Positions 29,072 to 39,882 are shown, counted from the first letter of the stretch. The stretch: DNA of 64,000 nt from an uncultured cyanobacterium (GCA_963793265.1 CAWBZI010000001.1:1728001-1792000); one strand, 5' to 3'. A program made the numbers and translations. Notes: generated by a model from the sequence alone, not told the origin.

Positions 29072-30757
29072 ATGAACAGCTCCTCCGATGCAAATTTGAG
29101 CGTGAATTTATCGAAAAGTGAGCTAGAGCTGTTTTTTGAACTCACCTCTGATTTGATGTGTATTTTGGACGAGCAGGGGCGCGCGCTGCGGGTGAATCGG
29201 GCTTTTGAGCAAACGCTGGGCTATACGGACGAGGATATGCGCGATCGCCCCTTAGCTGCGATCGCGCACCCTGAAGACCAGGCCACCGTTGAAGCGGCTA
29301 TTCGCACCCTATCGACAGTGCCAGCCACTAGCTTCGTTAGCCGCTACTTATGTCAGCAAGACCACTGCCAGCTTGACGAGCAGGTATGCTGGCTGGCTTG
29401 GAACGTATCGTCAATTGCTGATGCAAAGGGCGTTCGGCGGCTGTACTGCGTCGCCCGTGACGTTACTCAGCACAAAACGAAAGAAAACAGTATTCAGCAG
29501 CTCAATGAGGCGCTAGAAAGTCGGGTGGCTAGGCGCACTGCTCAACTATCGACGGCGCAAGAGCACTATACAGAACTGCTGAAGGTAGAGAGGGCTGCGC
29601 ACAACAGAGCAGAGCGGGCCAAAGCGGATATGGAGCTGTATGCAGAAGTCGTGCAGAACATACAGGTGGGCATACAGATTTGGCAGTTAGAAGACCTATC
29701 AGATGAGCGTAGCCTAAGGCTGATAGCGATTAATCCGTCAGCGAGCACTGATCATGGGGTGCCTTTTGATGATCTGGTAGGGCAGACGATTGCAGAGGTA
29801 ATACCCGCGCTGATGGACTCCGATGTGCCTAAAATTTATGCCGATGTGGTGCGCAACAAAACGCCATATGATTTGGGCGAGGTGCCCTATAGCGATAGTC
29901 GGGTGGCAGCAGGGGTTTTCGCAGTGCAGGCATTTCCTTTGCCCGGTCGCTACGTGGGCGTTACCTTTGAGAATATTACTAAGCGAAAAGAGGCCGCACT
30001 TGAGCTAATACGGCAAAAGGACGACCTGCTGACGGTGAATATGCTGCTCACCGATACGATGACGAAGCTAGAGGAGCGCAATCAGGAGCTAGACCAGTTT
30101 GCCTATGTGACCTCTCACGATTTGAAAGCGCCGCTGCGGGCGATCGCGAACCTGGCTACCTGGATTGAAGAAGACTTAGGGGGCGATTTGCCGCCTGAAA
30201 ACGTAGAGCAGTTTGAGCTGCTGAAGAACAGAGTGCATCGAATGGAGGGGCTCATTAACGGCCTGTTGGAGTATTCGCGCGTGGGCCGAAAGCATCAAAG
30301 CCGTGAGCAGGTGGCTGTAGGCAAGCTGCTGAGTGAGATTGTCGATTCGTTCTCACCTCTGGGTGAATTTACGATTGAAGTTGACCCGAATATGCCTGTA
30401 TTTTCAGCTCGAAAAGTGCCGCTTTTTCAAGTGTTCTCAAACCTGATCAACAATGCCATTAAGCATCATGACCGTAAGGACGGACAGGTGCAAATTTCGA
30501 TGCGTGAGCTAGATGAGTTTTATGAGTTTGCAGTGGCTGACGATGGCCCTGGCATCGACGAAAAATACCATCAGAAAGTGTTTGCTATTTTTCAGACGCT
30601 CAAGGCTCGAGATGAACTCGAAAGTACGGGCATTGGGCTCTCTATTGTGAAGAAGACAGTAATGGCCGAAGGCGGGCAAATTTCGCTGGACTCAGCGCTA
30701 GGTCAGGGTGCGACGTTTCGGTTTACCTGGCCGAAGGCATCGCCGGATTCTGTCTAA
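29072..30757 (+). CDS. PAS-domain sensor histidine kinase (Cph1-type kinase core, no chromophore domain)
   Basis: PAS (HPED), FAYVTSHDLKAPLRAI, NLINNAIKH, DDGPGI, GIGLS. Confidence 0.93.
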   Translation: MNSSSDANLSVNLSKSELELFFELTSDLMCILDEQGRALRVNRAFEQTLGYTDEDMRDRPLAAIAHPEDQATVEAAIRTLSTVPATSFVSRYLCQQDHCQLDEQVCWLAWNVSSIADAKGVRRLYCVARDVTQHKTKENSIQQLNEALESRVARRTAQLSTAQEHYTELLKVERAAHNRAERAKADMELYAEVVQNIQVGIQIWQLEDLSDERSLRLIAINPSASTDHGVPFDDLVGQTIAEVIPALMDSDVPKIYADVVRNKTPYDLGEVPYSDSRVAAGVFAVQAFPLPGRYVGVTFENITKRKEAALELIRQKDDLLTVNMLLTDTMTKLEERNQELDQFAYVTSHDLKAPLRAIANLATWIEEDLGGDLPPENVEQFELLKNRVHRMEGLINGLLEYSRVGRKHQSREQVAVGKLLSEIVDSFSPLGEFTIEVDPNMPVFSARKVPLFQVFSNLINNAIKHHDRKDGQVQISMRELDEFYEFAVADDGPGIDEKYHQKVFAIFQTLKARDELESTGIGLSIVKKTVMAEGGQISLDSALGQGATFRFTWPKASPDSV

Positions 30758-31013
30758 GGAGGTAGCGATGCTATGCTCTTGGCAGCATTTTTCTACCCAA
30801 AGAGAGAAGACAGAATGTGTCGCGTAGATGAGCGATCGCCTGTATTTCTACGACTACGATGAGTTTGTTAAAAATTAATCGAAAAGTTACCGTTTGTTGA
30901 GAGACAATGAGACGCTTCTTAATAGTCTAATAACGCTGATAGTAGGCTGATATCGCTCAAAGCAAGGGAAAATTACTTGGTAGATAGCTCAGGGAGGTAC
31001 CTTAAGAAACAAC

Positions 31014-31442
31014 ATGCCAGATGGAACCGTCACGAACATACTGTTAGTTGAAGATGACAAAGTAGACGTTATGAACGTCCAAAGATCGTTTAAGAAAGCC
31101 AAGATAACGAATCCTTTATTTGTTGCTCAGAACGGCTTAGAAGCACTGGCAATTTTAAGGAATGAGTCTGAGACAGTTATACCGAAAGAAAGACGGCTGG
31201 TTTTACTAGACTTAAACATGCCAAAAATGGGCGGAATTGAGTTCTTACAAGCGCTTAGAGAAGATCCTGATCTGAGTCGCACACCTGTGATCGTGCTCAC
31301 CACCTCCGATCAAGAGAAAGATCGCATAGAAGCTTACAACCTCAACGTAGCAGGCTACATTCTAAAACCTGTAACGTTCATCAACTTCGCTGAGGTAATG
31401 GCCGCGCTCAATCGATATTGGACGCTGTGTGAAATTCCTTGA
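31014..31442 (+). CDS. Single-domain response regulator (Rcp1-like)
   Basis: LLVEDD, LLDLNMPKMGG, LTTS, YILKP. Confidence 0.93.
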   Translation: MPDGTVTNILLVEDDKVDVMNVQRSFKKAKITNPLFVAQNGLEALAILRNESETVIPKERRLVLLDLNMPKMGGIEFLQALREDPDLSRTPVIVLTTSDQEKDRIEAYNLNVAGYILKPVTFINFAEVMAALNRYWTLCEIP

Positions 31443-31687
31443 CGAAAAATCCATTAAAACGTTCTATATCTTCTTAATTTTTTCAAAAACCTGACTGAAA
31501 TAACCGTCACCATAGCTAAAGCTTTATAGCAAACTCCTACTATCGACACTGTTGTGCGGAGCGCACATTCCTTACAGTTTCAATACACGGCCCAAACAAG
31601 CTGTAAAGCAAACTTTTTAGTGGGTAGCCGCAACAAATTACGACTTTAAAAGATGACAGTGATGGTGCTTGTCCATCTCAATAAAAA

Positions 31688-32986
31688 ATGTTCACTTCTA
31701 CAGAAGATAAAAAATTTAAGCTCCTTATTGTCGATGATGATGAAGTCGATCGGATGGCGCTCAACCGGGCGCTGAGCGGAACAACGCTAAAGCCGACCGT
31801 CTCAGAAGCGACAGATGTAGATGAGGCACTTACCGCAGTTAGAGCAGGTGAGTACGACTGCATTTTTTTGGACTATAACTTGCCGGGTGGCAATGGCTTA
31901 GAACTCACTAAACATATTCGCAATCAGGGCATTCGAGTGCCCATTATTGTGCTGACGGGCCAGGGCGACGAGCAAACAGCAGTGGCGCTAATGAAGGCGG
32001 GCGCTTCTGACTACTTGCCTAAGAGTAAGCTCTCTGCTGAGGCGGTCGCTCGCCTGATCCGAGGCGCGATGCGAGTGTATCAGGCTGAGCAAATTGCGGA
32101 GTTTGCCAATCGTAATCTCAGAGAGAAAAATCAGCTCTTAGAAGCTAAGAATTACGAGCTAGAGCGCCAGCGTCTGTATATTTATCAGCAAAATTTGAAG
32201 CTGCAAGAAGTCTCTCGGCTAAAGTCTGAGTTTTTGGCAACGATGTCTCACGAGCTGAGAACGCCGTTGAATGCGATTATCGGCTTCTCTCAAATTTTGG
32301 CGAGTAAGTCTAGGAGTTCGCTGAGCGATCGCCAGCAGGATATGGTGAGCCGGGTGCTCTCTAACGGTCGCAACCTGCTAGAGCTAATCAATGACATTTT
32401 GGCCTTTTCTAAGCTAGAAGCAGGCCGTTTAGACTTGAACCCTGAAGAATTAAACATTTCTCAGCTCGTGAGCAAAACCGTCGAAGAGCTACAGTCGCTA
32501 GCAACCCAGAAGCAGATTGAGCTAGTTCTAGATATTCATTTGGACAATGCAACTGTTGTCAACGATCCGACGCGGCTACGCCAAATTCTTGTCAATCTCC
32601 TTTCTAACGCAATCAAGTTCACTTCTCAAGGCTCGGTGCGCGTGCAGCTAGAAGACACGCCAGACACTATCCTCCTTTCGGTCATTGACACGGGTTGCGG
32701 CATTAGTGAAACCGATCGGCAGGACATTTTTGAGCCGTTTCATCAGGCCGATAGAAAGATTTCGCGCAAGCATGGCGGCACGGGCTTGGGCCTTGCTATC
32801 ACGCACTCACTCGCAAAGATGATGAATGGAGAAATTTCTTTGCAGAGCACAGAGAACAAAGGTTCTACCTTCACAGTAAAGATTCCTCGGGTTGTGATTC
32901 CTCAGACAGGAGCGGTGACTACGGAAGCGATTACGCCACCATCACAGACAGAAGCACACACTGAGCTAGAGCAAACGGATTGTTAA
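31688..32986 (+). CDS. Hybrid receiver-histidine kinase
   Basis: VDDDEVDR, LDYNLP, MSHELRTPLNAI, GGTGLGL. Confidence 0.93.
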   Translation: MFTSTEDKKFKLLIVDDDEVDRMALNRALSGTTLKPTVSEATDVDEALTAVRAGEYDCIFLDYNLPGGNGLELTKHIRNQGIRVPIIVLTGQGDEQTAVALMKAGASDYLPKSKLSAEAVARLIRGAMRVYQAEQIAEFANRNLREKNQLLEAKNYELERQRLYIYQQNLKLQEVSRLKSEFLATMSHELRTPLNAIIGFSQILASKSRSSLSDRQQDMVSRVLSNGRNLLELINDILAFSKLEAGRLDLNPEELNISQLVSKTVEELQSLATQKQIELVLDIHLDNATVVNDPTRLRQILVNLLSNAIKFTSQGSVRVQLEDTPDTILLSVIDTGCGISETDRQDIFEPFHQADRKISRKHGGTGLGLAITHSLAKMMNGEISLQSTENKGSTFTVKIPRVVIPQTGAVTTEAITPPSQTEAHTELEQTDC

Positions 32987-33211
32987 CAGAGTATTAAGTT
33001 AACTCAGGGGTTAGAAAGACTTATACCTATAGTTAGAAACAGTTGATACGTCCGGGATGATAGCTTGTGACTAGCGTTAAGTCACGATATTCTGTTATTT
33101 AGGCGCAGGCTATTAGGTTCAATTCCTATTTTCAAGCTTGCGATACGAAAGACGGTAAGGGCTTGCGAGTTTTTTTATACTTAAGCGCTTCTACAAGCGA
33201 TTGAAAATCCT

Positions 33212-34366
33212 GTGACGCCGAAAACTGTAAATATTCTAGCCGTTGATGACATTCCAGATAACTTGTTTATTCTAGAATCCATTTTGGCAGATGTGGACAA
33301 CTATCATATTGATAGCCTTACCGACGGTCAGGCTGCGGTAGATTATGTCTCTGAGCATCCACCCGATTTAATTTTACTAGATGTGATGATGCCTGGCCTG
33401 GACGGTTACGAAGTAACCCGCCAGATTCGCCAAAACAAGCGTCTTCCCTATATTCCTATTCTATTGGTGACGGCTCACGATCAGTCAAGCCTGAGTGAAG
33501 GGCTAGATTCGGGCGCGGATGACTTTATCCGTAAGCCTTTTGACATTGATGAACTGACTGCGAGGGTGCGATCGCTTGTCCGCCTAAAAAAGAGCATGGA
33601 CGAGCAAGTAGAAATGATTCGCCAGCGCGATGATTTTGTTGCTCGTCTGACGCACGACTTGCGCACGCCTTTGGTAGCTGCTAACAGAATGCTGAGCCTT
33701 TCTTTGCAAGGCGTCTTTGGCGAACCACCTGAACCGATGGTGGAGGCGATTGAGAACGTCATTACCAATAATGAGAACCTGTTGCAGATGACAAATACGC
33801 TGCTGCAAGTGTACCGGCATGAGGCCGGGCAAAAGAAGCTGGTGCGATCGCCGCTCTCTATATATGTACTCGCCAAAGAAGTCGTACAAGAGCTGAAGCC
33901 CTTAGCCGACGAGAAAGACATACTGCTGGCTTTGGAGACTAGACCTCATCATGCCGATAAAGAGGAGAACGCGAACGAAGATCCAGTCAGCAGCTATCGA
34001 ACTGAGGGCGATCATATTGAATTGCGGCGGCTACTAACTAACCTGTTAGGCAACGCTATCAAGTTCACAGACGAAGGCAGTATTTCGGTATCACTCTCTA
34101 TCAATCCTGAAACCTGTGATAAGTTTCCCTCTTCTGAAGCAATAGAGATTGCCATCAAAGACACAGGCGCAGGTATTGACAAAGAAGCTCAAGAGAAAAT
34201 ATTTGAGTGGTTTTACCAGGGCGATCACATGCGCGCGGGTAGCGGTTTGGGCTTGCACTTAGCCAAGCGCATTGCTGAAATGCACCATGGTACACTCACG
34301 CTAGAGTCTGAGCTGGGCCAGGGCAGCACGTTTACATTAGCGCTACCTAAGCTCAAGTCAAAATAA
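33212..34366 (+). CDS. Hybrid receiver-histidine kinase
   Basis: VDDIPDN, LDVMMP, THDLRTPL, GSGLGL. Confidence 0.93.
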   Translation: MTPKTVNILAVDDIPDNLFILESILADVDNYHIDSLTDGQAAVDYVSEHPPDLILLDVMMPGLDGYEVTRQIRQNKRLPYIPILLVTAHDQSSLSEGLDSGADDFIRKPFDIDELTARVRSLVRLKKSMDEQVEMIRQRDDFVARLTHDLRTPLVAANRMLSLSLQGVFGEPPEPMVEAIENVITNNENLLQMTNTLLQVYRHEAGQKKLVRSPLSIYVLAKEVVQELKPLADEKDILLALETRPHHADKEENANEDPVSSYRTEGDHIELRRLLTNLLGNAIKFTDEGSISVSLSINPETCDKFPSSEAIEIAIKDTGAGIDKEAQEKIFEWFYQGDHMRAGSGLGLHLAKRIAEMHHGTLTLESELGQGSTFTLALPKLKSK

Positions 34367-34398
34367 CTCAAATTAATACAGTAAGAGCCTAAAAGCAC

Positions 34399-36141
34399 AT
34401 GGAGCCTCTTAAGCGCGTACTCGGAAATTTGAAGTCTTATTTCTGGATAGCCGCTGGGGCCACGCTGAGTTTACTTTTACTAACCGCTGCTAATGCCATT
34501 ACCCCACAGCTTTTCAGGCGGGGCATTGATGAAGGCATTTCGGCGCAAGATTTGAACGTGGTGCTGGTAACCGGAGCGCTAATGGTTGGCGTGGCGATCG
34601 CGCGCGGCCTTTTCAACTTTGGCCAAAGCTACTGGGCCGAAGCGGTGAGCCAGGGCGTCGCCTACCAGCTACGCGGCCAGGTCTTCAACAAAATAGAAAC
34701 CCTTAGCTTTAGCTATCACGACCGGGTACAAACCTCTCAGCTCCTCACCCGCATCACCAGCGACATTGAGCAGATTCGCACCTTTGTTGGCACCAGCCTG
34801 ATTCAGGTAATCAGCTCGCTAGTCACGCTAGTAACGATTGCCACGATTCTACTGATTATGAACTGGCGCTTAGCGCTGGTAACACTGGCGGCGGTGCCAT
34901 TAGCAGGCGCTTTACTGTTCCGCTTTTTTGGTAAAAATCAACCTCTCTTCGGCCAGGTGCAGCAGCGGCTAGGCGACCTGAACGAAGTGCTGCGAGAGAA
35001 CTTGCTAGGTGTACGAGTCGTAAAAGCGTTTGCCCGCGAGCCGGTAGAGCTAGCGCGCTACACCCAAATGAACAGCAACCTAATCGCGGTTTATATCAAA
35101 ACGCTCGCCGCGATTCGCAATACCTTTCCCTTTGTCTTTTTACTCAGCAACCTAATCACGCTAGCAGTCGTCGGCTACGGCGGCGCGCAGGTCATCAACG
35201 GCACGTTTACAATTGGCGAGCTGGTCGCTTTTAATGCCTATCTGCTGTTTATTTTGCAGCCGGTATTGCTGATTGGCTTTGCGGCTCCGGTGATTGCCCA
35301 GGCGTCGGCATCGGCTGAGCGGGTATACGAGATTATCGACGCGCCCGTTGACATTACCAATCGGCCCGACGCCGTTCCTTTTGACGCCTGTGCGGGACGA
35401 ATTGCCTTTGAAGACGTTTGGTTTCGCTATCCGGGCGCGACTGAACCCGCATTGCAGGGCGTTTCTTTTGAGACTAAGCCGAATGAACTGGTGGCAATTT
35501 TGGGCATGACCGGCTCAGGAAAGAGTACGGTGGTGAACCTGATTCAGCGCTTTTATGACGTGACTAAAGGGGCGGTGCGGATTGATGGGCGAGATGTGAA
35601 AGATTTTGACTTGGAGAGTTTGCGATCGCGCATCGGCGTTGTTTTTCAAGAAACCACATTGTTTTCTGGCACGCTGCGAGAGAATATTGCCTACGCTAAG
35701 CCCGGCGCTTCACTAGAAGACGTGATCGAAGTGGCTAAGATTGCGCATATTCACGACTTTATCTCAGGTTTGCCGGAAGGGTATGAGACGGTGGTCGGTG
35801 AGCGGGGCGTGGGGCTCTCGGGCGGGCAAAAGCAGAGGATTGCGATCGCCCGGACGCTAATAACGGACTACAATATTCTAATTTTGGACGACAGCACCTC
35901 GGCGGTAGATGCTGAAACGGCGGCTGAGATTCAGGCTGATTTGGATAAGATTATGCACGAGCGTACCTGTAGCGCTTTTGTGATTGCGCAGCGAATTAGC
36001 ACTATTCAGAGTGCCGACCGGATTTTGTTGATTGATAACGGGAGGTTGGCAGCGCAGGGAACGCATGAGGCGTTGATGCTCTCGAGTGCTTTGTATGGCG
36101 CGATTTTGGAGTCGCAGATGAAGCAGCCGGTTGCGGCTTGA
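34399..36141 (+). CDS. ABC exporter permease/ATP-binding subunit (degenerate-site half)
   Basis: GMTGSGKS, LSGGQKQR, ILDDSTS, IAQR. Confidence 0.93.
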   Translation: MEPLKRVLGNLKSYFWIAAGATLSLLLLTAANAITPQLFRRGIDEGISAQDLNVVLVTGALMVGVAIARGLFNFGQSYWAEAVSQGVAYQLRGQVFNKIETLSFSYHDRVQTSQLLTRITSDIEQIRTFVGTSLIQVISSLVTLVTIATILLIMNWRLALVTLAAVPLAGALLFRFFGKNQPLFGQVQQRLGDLNEVLRENLLGVRVVKAFAREPVELARYTQMNSNLIAVYIKTLAAIRNTFPFVFLLSNLITLAVVGYGGAQVINGTFTIGELVAFNAYLLFILQPVLLIGFAAPVIAQASASAERVYEIIDAPVDITNRPDAVPFDACAGRIAFEDVWFRYPGATEPALQGVSFETKPNELVAILGMTGSGKSTVVNLIQRFYDVTKGAVRIDGRDVKDFDLESLRSRIGVVFQETTLFSGTLRENIAYAKPGASLEDVIEVAKIAHIHDFISGLPEGYETVVGERGVGLSGGQKQRIAIARTLITDYNILILDDSTSAVDAETAAEIQADLDKIMHERTCSAFVIAQRISTIQSADRILLIDNGRLAAQGTHEALMLSSALYGAILESQMKQPVAA

Positions 36142-36190
36142 CCATAGAATATCGCCGGAGACTGTCGCTGGTGTCAGTATTTATTGCACT

Positions 36191-36214
36191 GGGCGTAAGA
36201 CCTTACGCCCCTAC
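36191..36214. repeat. REP-like palindrome
   Basis: GGGCGTAAG-AC-CTTACGCCC-CTAC (GTAG end on - strand). Confidence 0.6.
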
Positions 36215-36220
36215 CGATCC

Positions 36221-37990
36221 ATGCCAAATGCCCCTATCGCCCCCGATCAAAAGGCCAACCAACAGCTTTCTACCTTTCGCCGCTTTCTTGGCTATCTGGG
36301 CCCCTACAAAAAAGAACTGCCGATCGCAATTGGGGCGGTCATCATCGGCGCATCGACTCAGGCGATCGGCCCTTTCCTCATCGGCTGGTCAATCGACAAT
36401 CTTATTCGCCCTGGCAATCTAACCGGCCTTATGTGGATGATCGCCGGGCTCGCTCTGGTTTACGTCATCGGCACCTTCGCCATTCGCGCTCAAATCTTCC
36501 GCGTCGGCGCAATCGTTCAAAAGGTACTCGCCCAGCTTCGACAGGACATTTTCACCAAGATCCAAAGCCTCTCCATCGGCTACTTTGATAAAAGTGAAGC
36601 AGGCGATTTGATGAGCCGTTTGCTCAACGATGTCAGCGTGATCAATCAGGCATTCGGCCAAAGCATCCCGCAGATTTTAGGCAACACGTTTAGCCTCATC
36701 GGCATCATCATTGCCATGCTGCTAATTAATCTTCAGCTCGGGCTGCTCAGCAATCTGGTGGTGCCCGTGATGATTTTGACCACGGGCTTTTTCTCTCGCT
36801 GGGCCAGAGCCCGGTTTCGAGTCACTCGCGAAACTATTGGTGAGCTGTCGTCTCGAATTGAAGAAGACGTGAGCAGCGTACGCGAGGCACAAGCCTTTAA
36901 CCGCGTGGACTACAACATTGACGCCTTTGAATCGCTTAATGCGGCGAATCGAGATGCGAATATAGAAGCGGTCGCAGTGACGGCAGCGTTTTTACCATCG
37001 ATTGATTTTTTGAATACGCTAGCGACGGCAGGTGTGCTGGCCTATGGCGGCTACTTAGCTGTGACGGGCGGGGCGACGGTGGGCACAGTGACGGCGTTTT
37101 TGCTGTATGTACAGCAGTTTTTTAGACCCATTCAAATTTTGAGTCAGTTTTATACGCAGGCGCAGAGTGCGATCGCTGGCCTAGAAAGAATTTTCTTGCT
37201 TTTGGACGAACCCGAACTGTTACAAGACGATCCTCACGCCATAGATATTCCACCGATCGAGGGCAAAGTAGAATTCGACAACGTGACCTTTGGCTATGTG
37301 CCTGGGCAAACCATCCTAGACGGCGTGAATCTATGCGCACAGCCTGGTCAGATGGTGGCGTTAGTGGGCCCAACAGGTGCAGGAAAGAGCACGATTATCA
37401 ACCTAATTTTGCGTTTTTATGACGTGACAGGCGGCGCGGTGAGAGTCGATGATGCGGACGTGCGGGAGGTGACTCAGGCAAGCTTGCGCCGTCAGATTGG
37501 CTACGTGCTACAAGACAACATTCTCTTTAGTGGGACGGTTGCTGAGAATATTGCCTTCGGCCATCCGAGCGCGAGCCAGGCAGACATTGAACAGGCCGCG
37601 CGGGTGGCGAATGTACATGAGTTTGTGACAAAGCTGCCGCAGGGATATGCGACTGAGCTAGGTGAGCGTGGGGCGTCATTGAGTCAGGGGCAGCGGCAGC
37701 TTATTAGCATTGCTAGAGCGGTGTTAATTGACCCGCGTATTTTGATTTTGGATGAGGCGACCAGCAGTATTGATACGCAGACTGAAGGACTGGTGCAAGA
37801 TGCGATCGCAAACTTGCTCAAGAACAGAACCAGCTTTGTGATTGCCCATCGGTTGAGCACGGTAACGCAGGCCGATCAGGTGCTAGTGATTCAGCAGGGG
37901 CAGATTGTTGAGAAGGGCAGTCACGATCAGTTGATTGCAAAAGAAGGGGTGTATGCGAAGCTTTATGCGTTGCAGCTAGGGGCGGCGTAG
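36221..37990 (+). CDS. ABC exporter permease/ATP-binding subunit (consensus half)
   Basis: GPTGAGKS, LSQGQRQ, ILDEATS, IAHR. Confidence 0.93.
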   Translation: MPNAPIAPDQKANQQLSTFRRFLGYLGPYKKELPIAIGAVIIGASTQAIGPFLIGWSIDNLIRPGNLTGLMWMIAGLALVYVIGTFAIRAQIFRVGAIVQKVLAQLRQDIFTKIQSLSIGYFDKSEAGDLMSRLLNDVSVINQAFGQSIPQILGNTFSLIGIIIAMLLINLQLGLLSNLVVPVMILTTGFFSRWARARFRVTRETIGELSSRIEEDVSSVREAQAFNRVDYNIDAFESLNAANRDANIEAVAVTAAFLPSIDFLNTLATAGVLAYGGYLAVTGGATVGTVTAFLLYVQQFFRPIQILSQFYTQAQSAIAGLERIFLLLDEPELLQDDPHAIDIPPIEGKVEFDNVTFGYVPGQTILDGVNLCAQPGQMVALVGPTGAGKSTIINLILRFYDVTGGAVRVDDADVREVTQASLRRQIGYVLQDNILFSGTVAENIAFGHPSASQADIEQAARVANVHEFVTKLPQGYATELGERGASLSQGQRQLISIARAVLIDPRILILDEATSSIDTQTEGLVQDAIANLLKNRTSFVIAHRLSTVTQADQVLVIQQGQIVEKGSHDQLIAKEGVYAKLYALQLGAA

Positions 37991-39694
37991 TTATTCGGTC
38001 ATCAGCGTAACCGAGTGCTCAATCATTTCAGTCACAAACGTCTTATACCCCACCGTCTCAAACAGCACATTCACCTTTTCTTCCTCATATCGCATCACCT
38101 GCCCAATCCCAAAGCTAGTATGAATGATGCGGCTCCCAATTGGGAAAGGGTGATGGTAGTTGATAGTCTTTTCTTCATTCTCTTCAGCCACCTCGCAGTT
38201 GTCACAAAAGCCGCAGGGCGCTTCAAATTCTTCACCAAAATAGCTCAGCACATACTCACGGCGACAGGCATCTGTCTCTGCATAGCCGCGCATCATGTGT
38301 AAGCGAGAATGGCCAAACTGTTTGCGACGCTCTTGCGCCGTCATCGCCTGTTCAACGATTTGTTCTAAGTCATCATCTGTTTCTACAATCACAATATCCG
38401 ACTCGTCTCGCTCGATCAATCCCGTTGATTCAAGCGCATCTAAAGCAGCGTGCGCTTTCACCTGTGATAAACCAAAGTGTTCTTGGATATGCTCTCTTAA
38501 CTGTTCCTCATCAGGCACCGAAGTCATCGTCTCTAACAGCTCCACTAGCGCCTTCAAAACATCTTCCTCAACCTGAGCGCCCCCCGAGAAGAACCGCTGT
38601 AGCTTCATATCGTCAGGATGATAGAACAATGTCGTACTAGCCGGTTCGCCATCTCTAGCGGCTCTGCCGATCTCTTGGTAGTAGGCGTCTATTGAGCCGG
38701 GAATGTGATAGTGAAAAACAAACCTGACGTTGGCTTTGTCAATGCCCATGCCGAAGGCGTTAGTGGCGACAATGACATCGATTTCGTCGTCAATAAATTG
38801 GGCTTGGGCAGTATCGCGATCGCTTCCTTTCATCCCGGCATGATAGGCGATCGCCCCCATCCCCTGCTCTACCAAGGCTGCCGCAATCTCTTCAGCCGCC
38901 TTCCGCGTCGCCACATACACAATCCCCGGACTTTGAGCCTCAGCTACCGCCTTTAGCAACCGCTCTAACTTTTCTTCTTCGCTATAGCAACCACAAACGC
39001 TCAAATGAATATTAGGCCGGTCAAACCCTTTGACAATCTCAGCAGGGCAATCCATCCCCAGCCGTTCAACAATCTCCTTTCTCACCAAAGGCGAAGCCGT
39101 CGCCGTCAGCGCTAGCGTCACCGGATGCCCCAAAGCCTCGATTACGCTGCCTAATTGCAGATAGTCAGGCCGAAAGTCGTGTCCCCATTCACTGACGCAG
39201 TGCGCCTCATCTACCACAAACAAAGAGGGTTCAATCTCTTTTATTTTCTCTAGCGTTTCTACGTTGCTAAACTGCTCAGGGGCCATGAAGATAAACTCTA
39301 GCGCCTGGTTAGCTAGCTGCTCAAAGACGTGCGATCGCTCAGCTTTACTCAGCGTGGAGTTGAGCACCGCGGCCTTTACAGTATCTTGTTGTGCGATCGC
39401 CTCTACCTGATCGTGCTGCAAAGCAATCAACGGCGAAATGACAACCGTTACGCCTGGCATTCGCAGTCCTGCAATCTGGTAGATGGCCGACTTTCCTGAG
39501 CCAGTAGGCATCACTGCCAGGGTATCTCGCCCCTGTAGCACTGCCGATAGCACCTCATGCTGAGCAGGTCGCAAATGGTCGTATCCAAACACCTGTTGGG
39601 CAATTTGCTCTAGCTGTGGGTTCGGCTGAGCATCTAATTTAGTAACTGACTTATTGGCTGACTCGGCGGTCGGTTTGGGCGATACGCTAACCAT
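37991..39694 (-). CDS. RecQ-family DNA helicase (atypical C-terminus)
   Basis: MPTGSGKS, VDEAHCVSEWGHDFRPDY, YYQEIGRAARDG, CRR...CGFCDNC. Confidence 0.93.
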   Translation of the reverse strand: MVSVSPKPTAESANKSVTKLDAQPNPQLEQIAQQVFGYDHLRPAQHEVLSAVLQGRDTLAVMPTGSGKSAIYQIAGLRMPGVTVVISPLIALQHDQVEAIAQQDTVKAAVLNSTLSKAERSHVFEQLANQALEFIFMAPEQFSNVETLEKIKEIEPSLFVVDEAHCVSEWGHDFRPDYLQLGSVIEALGHPVTLALTATASPLVRKEIVERLGMDCPAEIVKGFDRPNIHLSVCGCYSEEEKLERLLKAVAEAQSPGIVYVATRKAAEEIAAALVEQGMGAIAYHAGMKGSDRDTAQAQFIDDEIDVIVATNAFGMGIDKANVRFVFHYHIPGSIDAYYQEIGRAARDGEPASTTLFYHPDDMKLQRFFSGGAQVEEDVLKALVELLETMTSVPDEEQLREHIQEHFGLSQVKAHAALDALESTGLIERDESDIVIVETDDDLEQIVEQAMTAQERRKQFGHSRLHMMRGYAETDACRREYVLSYFGEEFEAPCGFCDNCEVAEENEEKTINYHHPFPIGSRIIHTSFGIGQVMRYEEEKVNVLFETVGYKTFVTEMIEHSVTLMTE

Positions 39695-39882
39695 AGAACT
39701 GCAATCACTGTTTAGGCTCTTATTTTGCGCTTCTCGCTGCGCCCAGCCTTCTTTCTCTAGAGAGAAACGCCTATTCTAATATCTATAACTTTATATTGCG
39801 TGGCAGCGCCAAACAGTGAGTTCTCACTACCATCGAGGATGAAACTGTTCACTTCTACCCTATTTTTTTGGAGCGATTTAAC

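Noticed and set aside
29072..31442. Cph1-Rcp1 phytochrome system
   Set aside because: The kinase has PAS domains only; no GAF/PHY bilin-binding module was recognised
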